This document shows, in pieces, positions 1 to 8,599 of a DNA stretch of 64,000 nt (position 1 is the first letter of the stretch; every line of letters starts with the position of its first letter). A program made the translations under genes and the position numbers. The notes under the pieces are model-generated. The model had not been told where the DNA came from and made no database searches. It worked only from the letters and a program-made list of their open reading frames with translations. The DNA is from an uncultured Gammaproteobacteria bacterium (GTDB taxonomy: Bacteria; Patescibacteriota; Patescibacteriia; UBA9934): positions 186,620 to 250,619 of the forward strand of contig CAYFMS010000001.1 of assembly GCA_964344415.1 (NCBI GenBank). The letters run 5' to 3'.

Positions 1-1
1 T

Positions 2-241
2 AAGAATATTCTGACATCGGGAGGTACTGTTCATTTAAAAACTGACAGTGATTTTGCTTATGAATTCACGAAAGAAATTCTAGCTGATCGTGATGATATT
101 GAGATAATTGTTGATACGAGTAGTTTATATGATTCAAAATTAGTCGACATTCATCATGGTATAAAAACACATTTCGAGAAGCGCTTTCTGGCGCAGGGAA
201 AAAAAATTAAATACCTCGCATTCCGATTTCTGAATTCTTGA
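2..241 (+). CDS. trmB: tRNA (guanine46-N7)-methyltransferase TrmB, C-terminal fragment (5' end outside window)
   Basis: Open frame from the window edge to TGA at 239-241 translates ...GGTVHLKTDSDFAYEFTKEIL...HHGIKTHFEKRFLAQGKK..., resembling the TrmB C-terminus; not in the ORF track because it has no start codon. Confidence 0.55.
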   Translation, partial: KNILTSGGTVHLKTDSDFAYEFTKEILADRDDIEIIVDTSSLYDSKLVDIHHGIKTHFEKRFLAQGKKIKYLAFRFLNS

Positions 242-290
242 CGATTAGGGGTGAATAAGGTACACTCGTGGCACATTTTTGAACATATTT

Positions 291-365
291 GCCGAGGTAG
301 CTCAGTGGTAGAGCAGAGGTCTGAAGAACCTCGTGTCGTGAGTTCGATTCTCACCCTCGGCACCA
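291..365 (+). tRNA. tRNA-Phe (anticodon GAA), CCA encoded
   Basis: Cloverleaf read by eye: acceptor GCCGAGG/CCTCGGC, anticodon arm GAGGT-CTGAAGA-ACCTC, T-loop TTCGATT, 3' ACCA. Confidence 0.9.
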
Positions 366-502
366 GAATTTAATCAATTGGTTTACGCAGTTAGTCTGGA
401 TGTAATTTGCTTGAAGATTGACCAACGAAGTCGAGTGTACCTAGATGTACATGAGACGAGGCGGAAAAATCTGAATGCAAAGGGCGCCAGAATAACAAGT
501 AA

Positions 503-579
503 GGGTGTGTAGCTCAGGTGGTTAGAGCGCAGTCCTGATAAGACTGAGGTCCCAAGTTCGAGTCTTGGCACACCCACCA
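503..579 (+). tRNA. tRNA-Ile (anticodon GAU), CCA encoded
   Basis: GGGTGTGTAGCTCAGGTGGTTAGAGCGCAGTC-CTGATAA-GACTG...GGTTCGAGTCTTGGCACACCCACCA; clean cloverleaf. Confidence 0.9.
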
Positions 580-686
580 TCCCACTTCGCCTATTGGCTA
601 CGTTGGGGATTTCCACATTTCATTCAATGAAATGGGATGCCCCTAACGAAGTTCACTATGGTGAACGAAGTGGGGCCACAAAAAGG

Positions 687-715
687 CCATTGCGATCGCA
701 GTGGTTTTTTGTTTG
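687..715 (+). terminator. rho-independent terminator downstream of the tRNA pair
   Basis: CCATTGC-GATC-GCAGTGG stem followed by TTTTTTGTTTG. Confidence 0.5.
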
Positions 716-753
716 AAAGAAACCTTTTAAACCTTGCGTATTAAAGGTAGGAT

Positions 754-1335
754 TTGCGTATGGAATCTATACCGAATTACGGGGAGAAAACTGACGAGGA
801 ATTGGCGAAATTAGCGCAGGGGGATGTTTTGGCATTCCGCATGCTTATTGAGCGATATGAATCCAGACTGAAACGCTATATTTTGCGTATTTCTTCTTTT
901 TCGGCAGAGGAAGCGGAAGAGATTCTGCAGGAAGCCTTTATTAAAATATGGAAAAATATTCGAGGATTTGATTCTGGCCTTTCTTTTTCAAGTTGGGCAT
1001 ATCGTATTGTCCGCAATCACACGATTTCGGCGCATAGAAAACATGTGTCGCGGGGTCGTGATAAGACCTCGGTTATCGATGATGATTTGATGCGATCACT
1101 TCGAGCGGATCTTGATATTGAATCAGAGGTTGAAAGCAGCATGATGCAGGAAGACATAGCTCGGAAATTGAAACAGATTCAGAAGAAGTATCGAGATGTT
1201 CTCGTCTTGAAGTATTTAGAAGAAAAATCTTATGATGAGATAGGTGATATTTTGAAAAAACCTCCTGGTACGGTAGCGACACTTCTTCACCGGGCGAAAA
1301 AAGCATTCAAAAAAGTTCTTGAGCGAGAGATATGA
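754..1335 (+). CDS. ECF-type RNA polymerase sigma factor (sigma-70 regions 2 and 4)
   Basis: 193-aa ORF; the motifs LIERYESRLKRYI, FIKIWKNIRGF and the C-terminal ...KSYDEIGDILKKPPGTVATLLHRAKKAFKK are typical of sigma-24-type factors; stop overlaps the next gene (ATGA). Confidence 0.8.
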   Translation: MRMESIPNYGEKTDEELAKLAQGDVLAFRMLIERYESRLKRYILRISSFSAEEAEEILQEAFIKIWKNIRGFDSGLSFSSWAYRIVRNHTISAHRKHVSRGRDKTSVIDDDLMRSLRADLDIESEVESSMMQEDIARKLKQIQKKYRDVLVLKYLEEKSYDEIGDILKKPPGTVATLLHRAKKAFKKVLEREI

Positions 1336-2066
1336 GCGATTTATCAAAAAAAATCACGGAGAAAATAGAAAAGGAGCACATTGAACAAAGTCCTGGTTGG
1401 ATTTTTAATGTACAAAATATTCTCTTTTGGTCGCTTTATATTATCTCCATCATCATTGGCGGAAAAGCACTTGCTTTTACATTGCATGTTCTGCAAAGAT
1501 CAGAGGTATTTGCGGTTGCGCGTTCACAGGGTGCCGATTTGTCCATTTTAAGGCTTATCCCAACATTTTGGATTATATTATTTATACTCTTTCTCATTGT
1601 GGCACTTCTTGGTTTTCATAAAACACGAAAAGGGTATACATATGAAGCTTGGAAATTGGTCGCGGCTAATTTGCTTTTTACGGGGCTACTTGCACTCATT
1701 CTCTTTATGACAAGCGTACCAGCAAGGCTTGATCCAGTTTATGGGATATCGAATGCATATGATGATGTTTCGGAACGCCGCGCACTATTTTGGACGGATG
1801 TACGGCATGGTCGTTTGAGTGGTGAGATACGAGATGTGCTGCAGGATATTGTGGAAATTGAAGATGTGAAGGAAATGCGTTGGACAATCTTCTTTGATAA
1901 AGATGATCTTTGTGGTGATGTGCAAATGGTGCAAGGAGAATATATTCGTATCATTGGAAGCGCTGAAGAACGAGGAGTATTTAATGCACATGTCATTATG
2001 CCTTGGTCAGAGTCGGATGCACATGATTGTCATCGCGCAGCAAGAATTCGTCGAGCAGGTGAGTGA
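1332..2066 (+). CDS. membrane protein translationally coupled to the ECF sigma (putative anti-sigma factor)
   Basis: 244 aa with several hydrophobic helices after a short cytoplasmic N-terminus; the 4-bp overlap with the sigma gene is the classic sigma/anti-sigma arrangement. Function is inferred from context only. Confidence 0.5.
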   Translation: MSDLSKKITEKIEKEHIEQSPGWIFNVQNILFWSLYIISIIIGGKALAFTLHVLQRSEVFAVARSQGADLSILRLIPTFWIILFILFLIVALLGFHKTRKGYTYEAWKLVAANLLFTGLLALILFMTSVPARLDPVYGISNAYDDVSERRALFWTDVRHGRLSGEIRDVLQDIVEIEDVKEMRWTIFFDKDDLCGDVQMVQGEYIRIIGSAEERGVFNAHVIMPWSESDAHDCHRAARIRRAGE

Positions 2067-2137
2067 AAGAAATAAATGATCCATGCGTATTACTAAGTGT
2101 AGATCTTGCAAGACTGCTCATAAATATAAAAAGGACT

Positions 2138-2668
2138 ATGAAAACACTTAGTAAGACCATTATCCCCGTTGGTGCTTTGGCGCTTGTCGCCATAGGGGCT
2201 GGAGCGGCAGCCGCCACCCAGGTGAGCGCAGCTTCTGAAACAAATGAACGACCTCAATTAACCGAAGAAGAACGTGAAGAGCGACGTGAGCTTCATCAGC
2301 AAATGCGCGAAGAAATAGAGCGCAGTGTAGAGAATATTGATAGCGGTGTACGAATCACGCTCGTATCTGATAATAGCGATTTGCTCGATACGGCCGAAGA
2401 GCGGGCAACGGAGCGTCATGCAAGGCATATGGAGCGTGAAGATGCACCAGATGTCACGCAGTCAATTACGCGCGATGGAAGTACATTGACGATTGAATTA
2501 ACTTCTGATGACGCTGGGACGGTAGAGCGCATTCAGGATCGCGCGGAAAAAGGACCAAGACGGCATCATCGCGTAAAGCATCGCTTTGACGGTGAGCGCG
2601 GTGAGCGTCCGGATGCGAATGATGACCGTTTCCGCGCGCCGCGGAGAGGGGGTGATCGCATCGAATAG
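2138..2668 (+). CDS. secreted Glu/Arg-rich protein (signal peptide; possibly a Spy/CpxP-like periplasmic stress protein)
   Basis: Start chosen at MKTLSKTIIPVGALALVAIGAGAAAATQVSAA (signal peptide); the rest is highly charged (LTEEEREERRELHQQMREEIER...); last gene of the sigma module. Confidence 0.45.
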   Translation: MKTLSKTIIPVGALALVAIGAGAAAATQVSAASETNERPQLTEEEREERRELHQQMREEIERSVENIDSGVRITLVSDNSDLLDTAEERATERHARHMEREDAPDVTQSITRDGSTLTIELTSDDAGTVERIQDRAEKGPRRHHRVKHRFDGERGERPDANDDRFRAPRRGGDRIE

Positions 2669-2690
2669 TATACAAATATATCCTCCCCTC

Positions 2691-2716
2691 AAAAACCGAG
2701 TATAGACTCGGTTTTT
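2691..2716 (+). terminator. rho-independent terminator ending the sigma module
   Basis: AAAAACCGAGT-ATAG-ACTCGGTTTTT. Confidence 0.55.
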
Positions 2717-2739
2717 GCTTTGATATAAGCTTCATATGT

Positions 2740-3543
2740 ATGGACATGGACCGCATTCGAGTGGAGGAGGAATATGTAAAAAGTATTATTTGGGGTGAGC
2801 AGATTGACTACGTCGCTCAAAAATATCATCAGATGAAGGTCTTGGAATTCATGGACCCTTCGCAAAAAGCATTTTGGATGCAGCTAAAGGAGAGGTATCC
2901 CGAAAAAGAAATCATCTTGCATGGAATTTCGCGTAGTAAGCGTGCAGAGAAGGGTATATATCACCATCTCTTTACTGAAAAACAGGGGAGGGTAATGAAA
3001 AAGAAGCAACTCAAGAAGCAATTGCCATATACGATTGCTCGTTTCGTATTTCGCGGAGGAGGTGATGAATACGATATTGAGAATCGCTATGATAAATTCC
3101 CATTTTTATCTAAATTCATAAAATGGCAGTCGAAGAGAATTGATGCATTTACATTACAGGTGATATTTGAGCTTTCTGATGCTCTTTATCCCTTCTCAAA
3201 AATTGAGCCAGATATTCTGTCACAGCATGAGGATGCAAAAGCATTTATAGAATCGCGCAGAATTCCAGATTTGCGCACGGTATGGATGTCTATTTTTGGT
3301 GTTGCTTTGCAAATTGATCGGGAAGCACGCATGCGTGGGTACGGTGTAAGGCTGATTGGGGAGCCTGTAACATTTATGAATGAATCGTCTGGTGAGAAAG
3401 TGCGAAAAATGGCTTATAGTTTTCATTTTGAGAAGGGTGCGCATATGCCCGTCAGCGATGTAGTACAAGATTTGAAAAATATAAAGTGGATTCGATTTGC
3501 TAATGGGGCGCCGCAAGATGTAAGTCAGTTTTTTTCTATATAA
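2740..3543 (+). CDS. hypothetical protein (267 aa, no family recognised)
   Basis: Long ORF with diverse composition, followed by a hairpin plus T-run at about 3584-3610. Confidence 0.5.
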   Translation: MDMDRIRVEEEYVKSIIWGEQIDYVAQKYHQMKVLEFMDPSQKAFWMQLKERYPEKEIILHGISRSKRAEKGIYHHLFTEKQGRVMKKKQLKKQLPYTIARFVFRGGGDEYDIENRYDKFPFLSKFIKWQSKRIDAFTLQVIFELSDALYPFSKIEPDILSQHEDAKAFIESRRIPDLRTVWMSIFGVALQIDREARMRGYGVRLIGEPVTFMNESSGEKVRKMAYSFHFEKGAHMPVSDVVQDLKNIKWIRFANGAPQDVSQFFSI

Positions 3544-4187
3544 AAACCGCAGGTATAAGCCGCGGCTACAAGAATGATCTCTTCGGGCGCTTGATTTCGC
3601 CCGTTTTTTCATAAACCAAGATACCGTGTCATCCCGGATGGAGCGAAACGAAGATCCTTCAATAGGCCCAGGATTTCGAATGTGGTCGCGAAGTGATTTA
3701 GCTGTAATGCAAAGGAGATAGAGGAGATTTATGAGTTTGTAGGTTTTAGCTGGTAGCTTGTAGGTACGGGGATCAGAGAAGTTAGAAAAGTGAGTAAAGC
3801 TAGAAAAGCGAGTTTGTATAGCAATGGGGGGGGGTAGAACATAGCACGTAGAGAAATGTGAAATCCCAGCCTACGAGCTGGGATCTATCAGTAATCACTA
3901 TTCTGGACTCGATCTAAATCTTTCACCTGGCCCGTGGATCCCAAATCAAGTTTGGGATTACGATCGGAAGTGCGCTAGCAACCAAGCAACAGAAACAAAA
4001 AATCAGCCCAAAGGCTGTTTTTATTCAACAGTTCATTTCACAACTCTGTGATTACAACGTCTTATTTACTGTCCCACTCCGCTCAGCAAGCTGAGCTTCG
4101 TTTGGGACGACTCGAGTTAAGAACTTGAGCCTCGACATTCACCATAGTATCCAGCAGGGCTGGATAACAAGTGATCTTTCTTCCCTA

Positions 4188-5686
<1,499 letters not shown>

Positions 5687-6262
5687 GTATCGAGCTATGC
5701 TCGACCTCTGCTCAGATCTTCTGTTCTGTCATTTCCCGAAGGAAAAGACTTCGTTGAAGATTCTATTGTTGCCATAAAATAAATTTCATGGACTTCGTAA
5801 TAGACGTTGTAATCACACAATTGTGAAAAATCTACTAGATGGGTTGTCATATATCTAGTAGACCTGTTGACATCAATGGTTTTACTCATGATGTATTTTT
5901 GAATGTTCGGGGGTTGCATTCAATTGCGCGGGAATATTACAACACCATAAAAAACCTGTCAAGGATTTTTGTGGGGTGAAGTTATTAAGAGATATAAACA
6001 AAAAAAATAACTCGCCGAAGCAAGATATTTTTGTGCGGGTGCATTGCGCTCCTAGATTATCAACCTATCCTAAGAGTATGGAAAAATAAGCTATTTGTCA
6101 AGTGCTAAAGCCCGTGGACCCAGAGGGGGTTGAACCCTCAAATCCTTGGTTGATAATCCAGGAAATGCAACCCGCTGGGCCCACGGAATTTAATACTCGA
6201 CAAAATAAAAGACCCCTCTAAGGGATCTGTTACTCACATTGTATCTTTCTAATTGAGCCGTA

Positions 6263-6931
6263 TCAAGAAGACTGTTCACTTCTCCACTCTTCGATCTTTT
6301 TATGATTCCCGGATAGGAGCACTGACGGAACCTTGAGCTCTTTCTTTTTTAGCCCTTTTCGCATCTTATAAACTTCTGGCTTTGTGTATTGCGGGTATTC
6401 TAAATATCCTTCCGTCGAATGTGATTCTTCTTGAAGTGTTTCTTTGTTGCCCAGCACGCCTGGAATCATCCGTGCGATTGCGTCGGTCATGACAAGGGCG
6501 GGGAGCTCGCCACCAGTAAGAACATAGTTTCCAATAGAGAGTTCTTCATCTGCGATTTCATCTATTACTCTTTGGTCAATTCCTTCGTATCGGCCGCAAA
6601 TAAAAATGAGCTGGTCGTATTTCGCGAGGCGCTTTGCATCTTCTTGTGTGAATGTTTTTCCTTTTGCGGATGTAACGATGATGCGAGATTTCTTTAATCG
6701 CTTCTTTACTTTGCGTACTGCTTTGTCAATCGGATCAATCATCATAACCATTCCTGGGCCGCCTCCGTACGGAGTGTCGTCGACTTGTTGATGCTTGCCA
6801 GATGCGAAGTCTCGAATATTGTGAGACGCAATCTTAATATGTTTATTCTTCTGCGCCCGTCCTAAAATTGAACCGTCAGTATATGGTGAGGTCATTTCAG
6901 GGAAGAGGGTGAGGATGTCGAATCGTTTCAT
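6263..6931 (-). CDS. trmD: tRNA (guanine37-N1)-methyltransferase
   Basis: MKRFDILTLFPEM...YGGGPGMVM...ICGRYEGIDQRV...GNYVLTGGELPALV; canonical TrmD motifs. Confidence 0.9.
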   Translation of the reverse strand: MKRFDILTLFPEMTSPYTDGSILGRAQKNKHIKIASHNIRDFASGKHQQVDDTPYGGGPGMVMMIDPIDKAVRKVKKRLKKSRIIVTSAKGKTFTQEDAKRLAKYDQLIFICGRYEGIDQRVIDEIADEELSIGNYVLTGGELPALVMTDAIARMIPGVLGNKETLQEESHSTEGYLEYPQYTKPEVYKMRKGLKKKELKVPSVLLSGNHKKIEEWRSEQSS

Positions 6932-6991
6932 AGGGGTAGTGTAGCAAAATAAAAAGCCAAGAAATAGATTCTGGCTTTTTTACATTTCAGA

Positions 6992-7342
6992 TTAAATCGT
7001 TAGATCATCTACGACAGAAGTGTCGATGTCTTCATCTGCTACTTCTTCCGTAGCAGCAGCTTCTGGAGCTTCTTCGCGTCTTGGTGGACGCTGTGATCCT
7101 TCGGGCTCGTGAATCTTGAGATTCACTCGAGCATTTTCTTTTGCTCCAACAATTTTGAGGAGCGTGCGCACTGATCGCGCTGTCTGACCAGATCGGCCAA
7201 TGACATATCCCATATCTTCTGGGTTCACGTGGAGGGTAATAAGGACACCACGTTCATCTATTTCTCTTTCTGTTTTTACATCCTCGGGGTGATTTACAAT
7301 CGCCTTTATGACGTATTCAACAAATTCTTGATCTCGTTCCAT
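6992..7342 (-). CDS. KH-domain RNA-binding protein (YlqC/UPF0109-like)
   Basis: 116 aa; the GYVIGRSGQTARSVRTLLK KH motif; sits upstream of trmD as in rpsP-KH-rimM-trmD operons, but no rimM is present here. Confidence 0.8.
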   Translation of the reverse strand: MERDQEFVEYVIKAIVNHPEDVKTEREIDERGVLITLHVNPEDMGYVIGRSGQTARSVRTLLKIVGAKENARVNLKIHEPEGSQRPPRREEAPEAAATEEVADEDIDTSVVDDLTI

Positions 7343-7552
7343 ATATTATCTTTTCGGTCTTTTTCTCCCTGTACATTGTCGAAATGCTTCGCCGTCCTCA
7401 CCGTACATTCCAGTACGCTTCGTCCTTGCTCGCATTTTTCTTAGCACATAAAGAAAAATCCTCGAAAATCTACTCAGTGAGTTATTTTATTGTGATTCCA
7501 CAACAAGACGTTGCTTACAAAAATCATAGCATGCATCTATTGGTTGTCAAAG

Positions 7553-7582
7553 AAAAATCACCTTGCTTTGTGGGTGATTTTT
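7553..7582 (-). terminator. hairpin plus T-run downstream of the tRNA-like gene
   Basis: AAAAATCACC-TTGCTTTGTG-GGTGATTTTT. Confidence 0.45.
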
Positions 7583-7598
7583 CGGACCCGAGCCTTCT

Positions 7599-7673
7599 GG
7601 ACTCGACGAGACTCGAACTCGCATTTCCCGGGTGACAAGCCAGGGTGAGTTTCCAATTACTCCACGAGCCCAA
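7599..7673 (-). ncRNA. tRNA-like small RNA gene (cloverleaf with imperfect anticodon stem; possible degenerate tRNA-Thr UGU)
   Basis: Minus-sense GGGCTCG TG GAGT-AATTGGAA-ACTC A CCCTGG-CTTGTCA-CCCGGG AAAT GCGAG-TTCGAGT-CTCGT CGAGTCC A. Acceptor, D-arm and T-arm (T-loop TTCGAGT) pair well; the anticodon stem has a central T.C mismatch and position 37 is C. An outer 7-bp helix CCCGAGC/GCTCGGG encloses it. Hairpin terminators sit on both sides. Confidence 0.35.
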
Positions 7674-7695
7674 GTCCATCAGCTCGGGATAATAC

Positions 7696-7730
7696 AAAAA
7701 CTCCCTAGCCATGTTGACTGGGGAGTTTTG
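7696..7730 (-). terminator. rho-independent terminator after rpsP
   Basis: Minus-sense AAAACTCCCC-AGTCAACATGGCT-AGGGAGTTTTT. Confidence 0.5.
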
Positions 7731-7806
7731 TTGCCACCCGGTTTCGGCACATGAAGTGCTCACCCTGGATGAATCCAGTTTATCATTTGAAGCTTGCTCA
7801 GTCAAA

Positions 7807-8427
7807 CTACTCAGCAGACTCTTCTGTAGCATCGGTCGATGCATCTTCCGCTGGAGCTTCTGCTTCTTCAGGAGCTTCGTCTGACGCTTCGTCGGACACG
7901 TCATCTGTGGGCGCTCCCGCCTTCGCTTCGTCCGAAGCTTCGTCGGACACGTCTTCAGTAGCTTCAGCTGCTGTATCTTCCGCTGTCGCTTCGGATTCAG
8001 TAGATTCTTCAGCCTCCTTTGCAGCTGCCTCTTCTGCAGCCTTAGCTTCTGCCTCTGCTTTTGCAGCTTCTTCAGCAGCTTTCTTTGCCTCTTCCGCTTC
8101 TCGCTTCTTTTCTTCCTCTGCAGCCTTCTTCTCTTCAATTTTAGCTGAACGCTTCTTCGTAATCGTTACAGATGAAGCCTTATCTGCCTTGATGATGCCC
8201 TCATTCACGAGCATATTGTGTACGGATGCAGATGGTTTAGCACCTTGCGAAAGCCAGTATTCAGCGCGATCTTTTTTAATCACGATTTCGCTCGGATTCT
8301 TTCTTGGATTGTAATGTCCAAGAATTTCGATTGCCGGAGACCAAGGGTCTCGACCTTTTTCTTGCACGACAATTCGGTATTGTGGTGCTTTGTGTTTTCC
8401 GGTTCTAGAAAGTCGGATAGTAACCAT
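7807..8427 (-). CDS. rpsP: 30S ribosomal protein S16 with a long acidic, Ala/Glu/Lys-rich C-terminal extension (206 aa)
   Basis: N-terminus MVTIRLSRTGKHKAPQYRIVV...EILGHYNP is canonical S16; residues from about 95 onward are low complexity (AEEAAKAEAEAKAAEE...) with the duplicated peptide DDVSDEASDEA. Confidence 0.85.
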   Translation of the reverse strand: MVTIRLSRTGKHKAPQYRIVVQEKGRDPWSPAIEILGHYNPRKNPSEIVIKKDRAEYWLSQGAKPSASVHNMLVNEGIIKADKASSVTITKKRSAKIEEKKAAEEEKKREAEEAKKAAEEAAKAEAEAKAAEEAAAKEAEESTESEATAEDTAAEATEDVSDEASDEAKAGAPTDDVSDEASDEAPEEAEAPAEDASTDATEESAE

Positions 8428-8599
8428 AATGTAATGTTTAAGATGTTTAAGGTGTTAAATCACTCACTTCATTCGCTTGTTAATGTCAGAATTAACAATT
8501 TGAACAATACAACAAGGCCGAAGGCCGATTTAACATTTGATGCCGGTAGATTACATAGAGCATCAAAAATTGTCAACCCCTGTCGGGGCATAATTAGAA

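Noticed and set aside
154-616. ORFs 154-363(-) and 383-616(-) from the six-frame track
   Set aside because: They lie antisense across tRNA-Phe and tRNA-Ile; the tRNA cloverleaves are far better supported
7524-8314. ORFs 7524-8138(-) and 7751-8314(+) encoding K/R/Q-rich or S/A-rich polypeptides
   Set aside because: These are frame or strand shadows of the low-complexity GAA/GCT-rich rpsP tail; rpsP itself has the canonical S16 N-terminus
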